The position numbers were made by a program, and so were the translations under genes. A DNA stretch of 64,000 bases from Lytechinus pictus. Taxonomy: Eukaryota. The stretch covers positions 17,238,001-17,302,000 of the forward strand of contig NC_087252.1 in assembly GCF_037042905.1 (NCBI RefSeq), written 5' to 3'. Below are positions 1 to 12,200 of this stretch, in pieces; positions within the stretch are counted from its first letter, which is position 1, and the number at the start of each line of letters is the position of its first letter. A model generated the notes under the pieces. It had not been told where the DNA came from, did not search any database, and worked only from the letters and a program-made list of their open reading frames with translations.

Positions 1-211
1 AAAACTATCAGAAAAATGAAGAATATTCATCTCTTTCCCGACTCTGATTTTAATTTAAACTCGGTAAATATTTGCAGTCCCATGTAGTCCCATATGTAGA
101 TTTTCATGGCAGCACCATGGAAGTCTACATGTGGGACTACAATATTTACCGAGGTAAGTTCAAATCAGAGTCGGGAAAGAGGTGAATATTCTTCATTTTT
201 CTGATAGTTTT
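1..211. repeat. Palindrome centre (arms >=100 bp, ~5 nt loop), probably a foldback element cut by the window edge
   Basis: 1-29 is the reverse complement of 183-211; symmetry continues inward to catgg-cagca-ccatg. Confidence 0.85.
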
Positions 212-2319
212 CAACTAAATCAAAGTAATTTCAAGGTATTATGGAAAAAAGAAGACCATTTCATGGATTTAAAGATGTAAAATGTAAAATTTTAGCAATT
301 TTTTTTTTTTCAATTTTTTTTTTTTTTATTTTTTTTTTTATTTTTTTTTTTTTTAGCAGTAGTGCATACGACCTCTTGTAAACGTATTGACGTGACCCAG
401 GCCTAGTTTCACCACAGATTAATTAATAGCTAACACAGCTATTGCATATATATACAATGTTAGGAAAAATCTACAATTTATCATACATGTATTGTAATGA
501 ATTGATTTGAGCTCCTCACGGAGAGCGATTCTGAGGAGCTCAATTGAGCTCCTCAAAAAAATAAGGAGAGCGATTTATTGAGCTCCACGAAATTATAAAC
601 GTGAAGGTCTGTACTCACCAGTTCTTTTGATGTATTTTCTCCAGAATTCCCACGGATTTGTCCCAAATCTTGCGACAAACCACGTCGCGGTAGACAGCTG
701 TACATTTTTTTTTATTTATAAATAAAGCGCCCCTTACGATAGTTGTTAACAACGCGGCCAAATCGTTAGGTTTTTTGCACTGTGTCCAAGGCTTTTTTAT
801 TTTGTTTGATTTTTTATTTTTTAATAAATATTTTGTTCAATAGCGATTTTTACGTAAAATATTAAATTTATATCACAAAATATTTTTTAATTGTAGAAAT
901 ATACATAATATTATGCAATAATTTATTCTATATATATTTTATAATAAAATTTATAATTGTTGCGGTCTTTAAAAAAGGATAGTCGATTGATCAGGTGATG
1001 ACCACACGTATCACGTGATCTGAAAATCAGCTTCATACCGCTTTGATCGCACTCGACGGTGACCGGACTGACTGCCAAAAAAAGATCGAAAAATGACTCA
1101 AATGTAAGTTTCCCTTTATTTTATTAAATTCAAATTAGGAATAGGAATATATTTAATGGGCAATCTTTTAATAAATGATAAACAAACGAGGACAAAACTC
1201 ATATTTTGGGAGTAATATCATACTTGGGTGCAGGAAACAGTACGGTTAGAAGTTCTAACCTGTTTTTAACGATTGTCGCCTATGAGGTCCATACATGCTA
1301 ATGTTTGGACCTCATTGGTACTAGGAGTGCTATGATGTAGATCCTCCTATATAGTATTTAGTATTGGCAATGCGACCAAGATATGTGATGTCACACACGT
1401 ACAACTCCCTCATTACTTTATAGTACTTATTTCACTTATACTCTCACTTTTATAGAGTCTATCACAAGGTGAGGTGTTCTCTTTATGAGAGGACAAGTAC
1501 AGAGGTTTCACAACATTATATCATTGATAAATCGTTTGTCATATGATTAGAATGAGCAAAAATAGATGTTTTGGGGTATATTTTCAGTGTCTAAAAGGGG
1601 AGAGTTGTTCATCTGTGACATCATAGATCTTGGTCGCATTGCCAATGGGAGGATCTCCATAGCATTAGTGATCTCGACTTTCAAATGCTCATAACTCTTC
1701 TATTGCTAGTCCTATTTTACTCAAACTTTTGTTGATCTTATTCTTTGATTTTTCTGCTTTCACAAAAGCTAACTTGCTCCAAGAGTTTCATTCTCCTTTA
1801 ACATAAATTTCCTCTTAATTATTTCACAAAATCTTTCAGTTGATCATTTTCCTTGTATTGTTATGAGTGAGTGTACCAAATATCTCAAAACATTTAAATA
1901 AATATATGATTTTCTTGGAAAAAACTTAGGCAGTCATTTTCAGATTTAACAAAAAAATGGTATGATCAGATGATGGTGGTCCTTGGCCAGGCAGGAGGCT
2001 CTTAGGGCTAGGAGTAAAAATATTTCACTTACGTGTGCTTACTCTCCACGGAGCTAGGGATTGTGTACCCGTACCGCGAAAAACTGAAATGTTTGCCCCC
2101 AAGATTTCTACTTCTAAAAGATCTAGCCCTAAATCATGTAAATGGGATACAACTTCATTTCTTACATTTAGATCTATACGATATTGATTCCATTTTTAAG
2201 TCAAAGAATTTATTAAAAAAACAAAAGATATCTTGAAAAGTTGGGGAAGACTTGCTGCGATGTTTACGTCGCCATCTTGTTCTCTTTTGTCTTTTGCCAA
2301 GTTACAAGACGCACATCGA

Positions 2320-3090
2320 CAACATCATCTTCATCAAACATTGTCATCAGCATCATCATCATCATCTTTTCGCCAAGTTTCAAGATGCACATCCACAACA
2401 ACATCTTCATTATCAACATCATCATCAACATCATTGTCATCACCTTCATCATCATTTCCATCCCTTTATGCTTGCAACCAAATAAGTTTATGATTCTTGC
2501 TCTTTCGTTAAAGTGCTCATCACAGAATGATGCTGCCATTCACCTGTTCCCAACATTGTATGAGGAAGGAGAAAATGGGAGTATCTTAATAATCAACATC
2601 ATCATCAACGTCATCATTTTCATCATCTTCATCATCCCCATCATCATCAACATCATCCATATTCTCATCATCCATATTCTCATCATCAACATCTTCATCA
2701 TAATCTTCATCAACATTATCTTCATCATCAACATCATCATCTTCATCATCATCATCTTCATCATCTTCTTCATCATCATCATTTTCATCATCTTCATCAT
2801 AATCATCATCAACATCATTATCTTCATCATCATCATCAACGTCTTTATCATCATCTCCATCATCCCATCTTCATCAACATCATCGTCATCATTATCAACA
2901 TCATCAACATCGTCATCATCATCAACATCATCCATATCATCAACATCTTCATCATAATCATCATTATCTTCATCATCATCATCAACATCATCTTCATCAT
3001 CATCATCTTCTTCATCATCATCTTTATCATCAACATCATCATCGTCATCATCTTCGTCCCTTTCGTCATCACCATCAATCATCATCATGT
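2320..3090. repeat. Degenerate (CAT)n microsatellite, two blocks
   Basis: Direct inspection. Confidence 0.95.
2476..2582 (+). pseudogene. Decayed partial duplicate of the ODR4 3133 exon with its acceptor
   Basis: aaccaaataagtttatgattct..ag|tgctcatcacagaa.gatgctgcc mirrors 3091-3200; reads CSSQNDAAIHLFPTLYEEGENGS, then runs into (CAT)n. Confidence 0.85.
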
Positions 3091-3132
3091 AACCAAATAA
3101 GTTTATGATTCTCACTCTTTTCATTACCGTAG

Positions 3133-3264
3133 TGCTCATCACAGAAGGATGCTGCCCTACACCTGATCCCAACACCTTGTGAGGAAGGAGACAATGGGAG
3201 CAGCGAAAATCAGCAGTCTCCAGAAAACTTATGTGAACAGTGGGTTGCTGAACACGCCAGACAG
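3133..3264 (+). CDS. ODR4: ODR4 exon (CSSQKDAALHL...WVAEHARQ)
   Basis: ccgtag| acceptor, |gtatga donor, 132 nt, phase 0/0. Confidence 0.9.
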
Positions 3265-6200
3265 GTATGAAGATCAGTAAAATGAAGAATATTCAGAAGA
3301 AAAAAGATGATCAAAGTCAGTGAATTTTGACATGTTGGGGCCAGAGATTTTTTTTTTTTTTAAATATATGTTATCATCATAACTTTGAATGTTTACAGTA
3401 TGTTTCTCATTCTTGAAACGTAGACAGTCTAAGGATAGTCTTGTATCACTGATCATTTTGCATGAGTTTCGGGTCAAATAATCGAGGTGAAAGGTCATTT
3501 AGGGTCAATGAACTTAGTATTCTGTTATCATATTAATTTTTTTGCGAATAATTAATCATAGTTTTCAAAGTTAGCACTGCTGTTGTACATTGAATCGCGC
3601 AATGCAGGCGAGATTGCCATAGGCATTCCACTTGTTTTGTTAATTTGGAAAATTTACATCAAAATTGAATTTGACTGAGTGCTTGATCAAAATATCAGAT
3701 ATCTGCATATTTTTGTCTTTTTTTCCCTGTTTTTTTATGTAAAGTTCAATCCTAAGTTACAATTATAATGGTTGGAAAATGTCTTTAAATATTAAAATTC
3801 TAATGGCTAAAATTGCATTAAATGACTAGGCCTTCTAAGTTTCTCAAATATTGTAATATCTTGTGTTCACATTACTGACTATTTACCAAAGCTTTTGATA
3901 GACTAATATAATATTAAACATTTTGATTTTAATTGATGTAGAAGTCCTAATCTACTTTTGTTAATCTACATGTATCTTCTGTAATTTGATTTACAGACTT
4001 GAAACTCTTTTGTTTGCATTGATTTGGAAGATGTTATTCATATTTTTAAAATTTGACTTAATAATTCTTAGGTGACATGTATGCTACCGGGTGGTGTGGG
4101 AGTGATAGGCGTGTTCTACGTCTGCACCCCAAACCAGGCCATGCCCATGGCAACCAAGGCTCGCCAGGCACTCTTCGCGATCTACAAGCTTCTTAACAAG
4201 AGACTTCTACTTGGCTTGGATTCAAGACGGGATAGTAGTATGGAATGGAGCGTGCTTCATATCTGTAGTACAACCAGAAAGTATCCTTGATAAAACTGAT
4301 ACGTGTAGATGATGGTAATATTAATGATAATGATAATAATTAATGAGTTCCAGTCAAACAGGCATGAGAATTGTCCGATTTTTATCGGAATTCCGATTTT
4401 TTTCATCAAAGTCTGTGGTCTCAGAGTTCGATGTGAATTTGATATAATATTGGGGGGTAGCGAGTCACCGCGAGGCTAAATCCTTACCGAATGATTCGAT
4501 TGTTCGTCGGGAATCATGTCTTTGAAGTCACAATAGTTGACCTACTTTTTGGTGACCTCCCGAATGAAGAAATCTCCATCAAAGTCACATGTTTATCATA
4601 AATGAAAGTAGGCCGTTTTTCCTCCTCCATGATTTTTATATCAAACGAAACTACATGAAATGAGATTAAATCTTTCAGTTTATTGTTCAAATTAAAATCT
4701 TTGCTAAATCAACGCTGGTACCCTGGTATCATGCATGCATCCCTCCAAGTGCCACACCCCTGCATATGAATGAATCAGACCAGATCAGCCGAGTCAAAAG
4801 ATGGTAAACATCTCATTCATGAAGTATTCTTTGAGACGCAGGTGGTGCATTTCACTTCTTGAAAAATATCATTCCTTGCCCACACCATGTCCCCTCCCCC
4901 ACTTGTGGCATTCCCCATGATGCTGCACATGTATTTCAAAAAAATATTTTGCAAAATATTTTCATTTGAAATAACTTTCAAAGTTACACATTTTTATCAA
5001 TTAAACCTACATGTATAACTGGGTCTGCTTTTGGAGACTAGTCGAGAAAGAAGACGGCGGTGCGTGTTGGAATCCTGTTTTGATTGTGCGAGGGGGATGT
5101 AAAAAAGTTTGCATTGTTTTGAAACATGAAAGGAATTCTCCAACTCTCACCCCTATCTTCCTCTCTCTCTCTCACACACACACACAGAGATGGGGGAGGG
5201 GTCAATTTATTTCTGAAGTCATGACCTTTCCTGATAAGGGAAGCACATGGCTTCTTCTTCTTTGTTCCCCCAAAAGTTTCATTGGCTATCGAAGGTCCAA
5301 TCAGCTCAATCAGCTCCAATGAGCTGGTTCTGTGTTTACTTTCTGTTTTGCACGCAGACAAAATATTGTGTATCGAGGGCAAGGTGGGATTAACATTTTC
5401 GGAGCTCTTTCCGGTCGGGGAATGTGGTACAATCATTGATCATTTTTGACAAATTACCTCAGTAACATCATTTTTAAACCTGTATCAAGTATTCGAAAAC
5501 CGTTTTCATCATTGTTTTCTTGTCACTTTGTTATTATTACTTGGGTATTCGAGTTATCCCAAAGTCATAATCGGGATCTGCCAAACATTCGTTTAGTGTG
5601 AATTTTGCTTATCGATTGGCGATCGGCTGCAAGCCATTCGAACCATTCGATCAATTGATGTTTACTCCCAGGCCTAATGAGAATTGCAGGGGTAGCTCCC
5701 TGGTTCTAGTTCACATGAATACAAGTGAACTAGAACCAGGTAGCTAAGAACAGATGATTGGGTAAATACTTCTGTCGCTTCCAGAATAGTCTAATGCATT
5801 GTACATGCTTGTGTTCCATAATTGTCTCTCGATGTCAGCAGCATATGGTTTACTCATGGACCTATTACGAATGGACATTCAACGAGAGCATTTTATGACC
5901 ACCACCTGTTTCCAGCTGTCAAAATTGCTGCCTAACCCTTAACTTTCTCTTTACGCGGTTTTTACGACGACCGCCCGGGGCGATTGTTTACACAAGCTCC
6001 TTTCGGCCAATGATCGTCACCGATCGATCACTGGCCCTCTTTCGACCAAAGACGGTCATGTTGTAGCCCCGATTACCAATAGGGAAAGTCCCTACATTAC
6101 CTAGAATGCAATGTGCAATTCATATCCGGTTTTCAGTACATTATTTTAGGCTGTCTATAATTTGCGATTGTCGTCTGACCATAAAAAAAAATCCCGTTAA

Positions 6201-9200
6201 ATTTCATCAATCCTGTGGAATTTTATGCCCATATGAAAATCCACTTCTGACCGAAGGTAAGCGCTACTATCGACATCAATACTGTCCGAAAAAGATGAAT
6301 TTTTTACGTTTTTCCGCAGATTTTTTCATCGAATTTTTTGCCGTAGATATACAGATCTGCAAGGTGATGTCAATGGGTTACACTTCGTAATTCTGAAGGT
6401 TCGTAGTTCCGAAGGTTCTTTATTCCGAAGGTTCGTAATTCCGAAACAAGCAAATTGCCTATACCTCGATGTTCGTTAATCCGAAAACGTAATAGGGTTC
6501 GTTAATCCGAACATTTGTGGCGTTATTCCGAAGGTTCGTTATTCCGAAAACGAAATAAGGTTAGTTAATCATTTAGTTTTCGGACTAACGAACATTCGGA
6601 ATTTCGAACCTCATTTCTTTTTCGGATTAATGAACCTTCGGAATTATGAACCTCATTTTGTTTTCGGACTAACGAACCTTCGGAATTACGAACCTTCGGA
6701 AATACGAACCTTCGGAATAACGAACCTTCGGAATAACCGAACCTTCGGAATAACGAAGCTTCGGAATTACGAATGTATGCGATGTCAATGCATTTCATTT
6801 ACGGTTGATCGCGATGTACGTAAAAAATACGTTTATACACGCCTGTTTTCTTGTTTCTGCTATCATTTTCATAGCGCTAATGTTCGCTGCTGTGCGTTGC
6901 TTTTGATTAAGTGAACGAACAACATCGCAATGGGTAGGAGCAGCGTACAATTGATTTCCGCTGTCCATCAGTGAGAACGTGTTTTACGACCGGCTTGATG
7001 GGCGTCAGCTGCCAGCGCTCTGTTTATAAAATGATTAGCGGTGACGGTCTTTGGCCCAAAGGAGGGGATTCGTCGAATGTCCATTTTTTGTGATAGGTCC
7101 ATGGTTTACTTTACTATAGGTGTGGTGTATAGGTCTATACACAAACAGTGTTCATAAAGTACAAATTGCATTGTATAGTTTGTAAAATTTTTATTTCCTT
7201 ATTCTGTCAAATTGGTACTCCACAATGGGTTCCTTTTTCTATCAAATTGGTACTCCAGAATGGCTTCCTGTACCCCTTTAAATGCTAAAACCCAGGAGCT
7301 TCAGGGGGCGCTGCTCCCTGAACCCCCGCCGGGGCACTGCCCCTGGAACCCCGTCCGTATGTTTAATTTCCTTTCAGATATTTTTCAAGAAAGTCATTCT
7401 CATGCCTGAGTCAAAGCTAGACTCAAGGCAAGGTATTAACCCTACACTGTAGTCTAATCCAGAATTTTAGACAACTCTAGGATGGAAGATGATGATGATG
7501 CACAGCATTTGTATAGCGCCATATATCTGTCAAAGACATTCAAAGGCGCATTTTTGGAGGAGGAGCAAGCCAATCTCGGTCGCCTTGAAGGGCGGGCACA
7601 GAACTGTGACACGCGGGTCTCTCCCGATATATATGGTTGGGGGAATGCAGGTGGACCACTACACCGGGGTTTCCCCCTACTCTTATTCGAATAGTGCAGT
7701 GGGTTCTTAACGTGCAAAGGTGAAATACTGGGTTTCATAATACTTATTACATATTATTATTCATGGCAATCAAAATGTCATCCTATTTTTATCTACGCCG
7801 CAATTCGATTCAAGACGGGATGGAGTGTGCTTCATATCTGTAGCACAACCAGAAAGTCTCTTGATAAAACTGATTAATAATAATAGTAATAATAATCATG
7901 ATAATAATATTTCGAGTCCAAGCTAGTCTCAAGGCAAGAATTTTAGACCACACTCCTATGGAACACTGGGTTTGATAGTACTTATTAACTGTTGCTGCGC
8001 TAGCGCCATGAGCGTCTCTGGACGGTGTGTGCGCTCAATAAGATATCACTATTATTTTATTTTATTTTTATTCCATATTCATGGCAATTCAAATATCATT
8101 ATACCTTAATCTTTTCCTATTTTTTTAACTTTATCACAATTATAATTGTTTGACAATTTTATACAACAGGATGAATAAATTTTACATGGCAGCACTGCAT
8201 AAAAATGTGGTCTTATTTAACCCAGGGTTTATGAATTTCAGAATAACACCAATAATTTGCAGCTACATTGTAGCAATAATTTCATGCAGACGAATGATCA
8301 TGGTGGTGATGGTGATGTTGATGATGATTATTATTGATTTGGTCATTTATTCATTTATTGATTTTATTCAGTACACTCTTGTTTAATTTAATTCAATTGT
8401 AGCAATTAATAAATAATCAGAAAATTGAATGCTTCAAAACATCTGTATTAAGCACCTTATAAATGTTCTAGTTGTTATTATTATACTACTACATGTATTT
8501 CACATTTTAATGACTGAAAGCAAAACACCACTATTAATATTTTCATTTATAAGTCCTTAGCTTGCCCATTCAGAACAACATGTAAAACAATCAATGTCTT
8601 AGACCATAAGGTAAGTGCAATTTTTTTCTTTAAAGGATAAGTCCACCCCAACAAAAAGTTGATGAGAATGAAATAAGATCAATCTAACAAGTATAACACT
8701 GAAAATTTCATCAAAATCAGATGTAAAATAACAAAGTTATGGCATTTTAAAGTTTCGCTTAATTTAAACAGCTTTATGCACGTGGTCAGTGTGCAAATAA
8801 GGAGACTGATGACGTCATCCGCTATTTCTTTTGTATTTTATTACATGAAATATGAAATATTCTAATTTTCTCCTTAAAGATAAATTCCAGTTTTGGTAAC
8901 GATCTCAAAATGACTTTTTACAGAATCTAATATAATTGACCACCCAAGTGTCTGTTTGTATGAGTAAAAAATATGTGCCAAAGGATTCTGGAAGAAATTG
9001 TGTAATTGCTGAGAAATAAGCAAAATAAGCGCGGATTCGGTCACTTCCGTCGGGTCTTTATTCCAGCAATAATAATACACTGTCCCACGTGTGCCTATCT
9101 GTGTTGGTGAACTTCAGTGTGAACATTTTTCAGCGTAGATTTCAAGATTTCACAAAGTTCAGTTAATGTAACTGTACCAGATCTAGATCCTCGATGATAT

Positions 9201-12200
9201 ACTGACAATTAAGCCTGGTTTTACAGACTTTCTCATGAAATCAGTGTTTACTGCAACTACTGGCATTTCTCTTTAATGTCAAGTAAAACAAACTGTTAAT
9301 TTCTCCCTGAACATGTAGAATTAGTATTGGTTAAGCAACACAGGAAATAAATACAGGACCAAGGGGCGATTGCTGCCAAAAATAATTAAAAAAGAGCCCT
9401 TGAAACTAAAAAAGTGGAGGCCTGGAAGTCCCCAATCATTGCAATTTTAAAGCGTAACCATTGTTGTTGATAAGTCTCCAGGCACAGACCCTGATTGAAA
9501 CTTTGATCAACAAGTGTGTCTCCACGCAAAGACTTGCACGTATTCAATTCAGCGAGCGAAAGGGCCTTCAGTACACAAGGCATGAGTAGACTGCACATAC
9601 AGACCCTTAACTCGAGTGAAGGGTTTGCACAGCAGAGTAGTTGCAGATTTAAGCAGTAAGTGATGAAAAGTAGCCTCCTGAAAATATTAAAGAAAATATT
9701 TAAGTGGGGCCTGAAGTACAGGTTCTATCACTACTTTAATTGATTAATTTTTTGTTGTTTATTTGCAGTGCACAGCTAGGCCGGCGGATCTCAAGTATCA
9801 GACGAACCCCCACAAGTGGTCCATCCTTGAGAGTTGTCTTAGACTAGATATAGGGGTTCATCTCCCATCAACGGTGCCAGACTGTAGCCAGTACAGTAAA
9901 CAACTCACAGTAAGTATCCATGTATATATACAGTGGTGCTCAATAGTTAGTGAACCCCACCAGAAAATGAACACATTCAAAAGTGCTGCCAGGTTTTTGA
10001 TATTTAATTTTGAATTCAAGTGATAAAATAGTACATAATTAGGGACAGTGATTTTCCGTTTCTAAAAATCTCAAATTCCGTTTCAGCACGTCTGAAAACG
10101 GAAATTCCGTTTCCCCATAGACTTTGTGTACATGAAAAAGTGACAATTTCTTTTACATAGAAAACCAATACGCAATGAGTAGCGATGTCAAAATGCAAGC
10201 GCTGGACAAAATTTGCATCTACCAATGTACTAACATCGCTTTAAAATCCATTTGAATCGAAGAGATTCGAGCTCAAAAACTCTTTAGAGAAACATAATCA
10301 ACATGAATACATTCTCACCTTTCATATTATTCGCATTATTTTATGGTTAAATGGGATTTTATCGCTGATTTGGGGACTTTTCGGACATCGTTTCGAGCAG
10401 TCGATGACTTCCGCCTATCCGCCATTTTGTATTTGTTGAATCACCATGATCATGATATTATGACCGAACGCAGAGGGCAGCAACACACGGCTGTATTCTG
10501 CCTTATATGCGGACGTGAGTGTAAACTAATTTAGATACGATCGAGTGATGGAGGGGCTCGAGTGTAGTTACGATGTGTTGATTGTCATGATTGTTGTTGC
10601 AAAGTGAGATTGTTTTTTTTTTAGTTGATATTTGTATTTTGTTGAGGATTTGGGATTAATTTCTGTTGCTATTTTGTGCATTTTGGGAAAAATCGTGTTT
10701 TCCGTTACTTTCCGTTTGAAAAGCCACTTTCCATTTGAAAAGCCACTTTCCGTTTCAAAAGGCCGATTCCGTGAATTCCGTCCGTTTTCCGCGATCGCGG
10801 AAAATCACTGTCCCTACATAATTTAATAAAGCTTGTTTCTCTGGGCTTGCCAGACATTGCAGCGTTGTTGTCTCTATATTATAATTGCACATGGAAACAA
10901 ACACTCTTTATTATTAAGTTCTTTGATTTAATAAGTAATGCATCTAAACATTTATTGCCATTTTATACAGATTTTATTTTTGTATATTTTGTAAACCCCG
11001 ACTAGTGAGGAGAGCTTCATAACAGAAGCTAGTTTTTCTTTTAGTCATCCTCAGGCACTAGTCGGTGGTAATTTCTTCCTCGTGTACATATTCTTGTTGT
11101 CTTGCCTGGAAATAAAATAAAGTCACTACTCAGCATGTAGGAGTGCATTTGTGGTGGCGTTCACTAACTTTTGAGCACATCTGTACATATACATTTACAG
11201 TCTGTGACAGGTACATCTTCACGAGGTAATGCATTTAGCTCCAACAAAGTTTATTTAAATGTCTCTCCTCCCGATGTAACTGATTGGGGGAGCGCAGGTG
11301 GGGTTTCCCCCTACTCTTATACGAATAGCACAGCGGGTTCTTAACGTGTAAAGAAAGTGACTCTCCTCAACAAGGGGCCTCCATTTAACCTCCTATCCGA
11401 GGGACAGTGTTTTCCATTGTAACATAGCCCACATCACGGAGCAGGGGGAAGGACATGTTTACATGCAATGCAGGCTTCAATCATCTGCACGGGGTGGAAC
11501 CCTCTTCCGTTGGTTAGAGAGTCAGATGCTTTGCCGATTGATCTAACGTGCCCATTTGCAATAAAGTTTCATTTTGCAGACTTTTAGGTTCACCTGGGCC
11601 CTGTTGCATAAAAGTTACAATTATAGTAAATGTGCCTCCCATTCTTCGTGGAATTCTTGATTCTGATTGGCTGTTGAGCCTTGTTACCATGGTAGAACAC
11701 CATTGGATGGCAAAGTTACCATAATGGTATTTCTTATGCAACGGAGCCAGGGTCATTATTACTTCTGGGTCCCGTAACGCAAATGTTGGCAATTAATTAT
11801 ACGCTTGATTTTTGTCTCACCTGCATAGCAGAGTGAGACTATAGGCGCCGCTTTTCCGACGGCGGCGGCGGCGTCAACACCAAATCTTAACCTGAGGTTA
11901 AGTTTTTGAAATGACAGCATAACTTAGAAAGTATATGGACCTAGTTCATGAAACTTGGCCATAAGGTTAATCAAGTATTACTGAACATCCTGCCTGAGTT
12001 TCATGTCACATGACCAAGGTCAAAGGTCATTTAGGGTCAATGAACTTAGACCATGTTGGGGGAATCAACATCAAAATCTTAACCTACGGTTAAGTTTTTG
12101 AAATGTCATCATAACTTAGAAAATATATGGACCTAGTTCATGAAACTTATACATAAGGTTAATCAAGTATCACTGAACATCCTGCATGAGTTTCACATCA

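Larger units (their letters stand above)
4281..8573 (+). other. Probable U12-type GT-AG intron of ODR4
   Basis: 5' site GTATCCTT; branch-like TCCTTAGC at 8554-8561 ending 12 nt before the exon; no long pyrimidine tract. Confidence 0.75.

Noticed and set aside
1970..1995. MVVLGQ as possible ODR4 first coding exon
   Set aside because: Too short, no good donor and no upstream ODR4 similarity.
2233..3175. Long Ile/Met/His/Ser-rich ORFs
   Set aside because: Translations of (CAT)n repeats; only the short ODR4-like piece is gene-derived.
6376..6780. CRISPR-like short repeat array
   Set aside because: No unique spacers, orientation flips, eukaryotic context, has a TSD.
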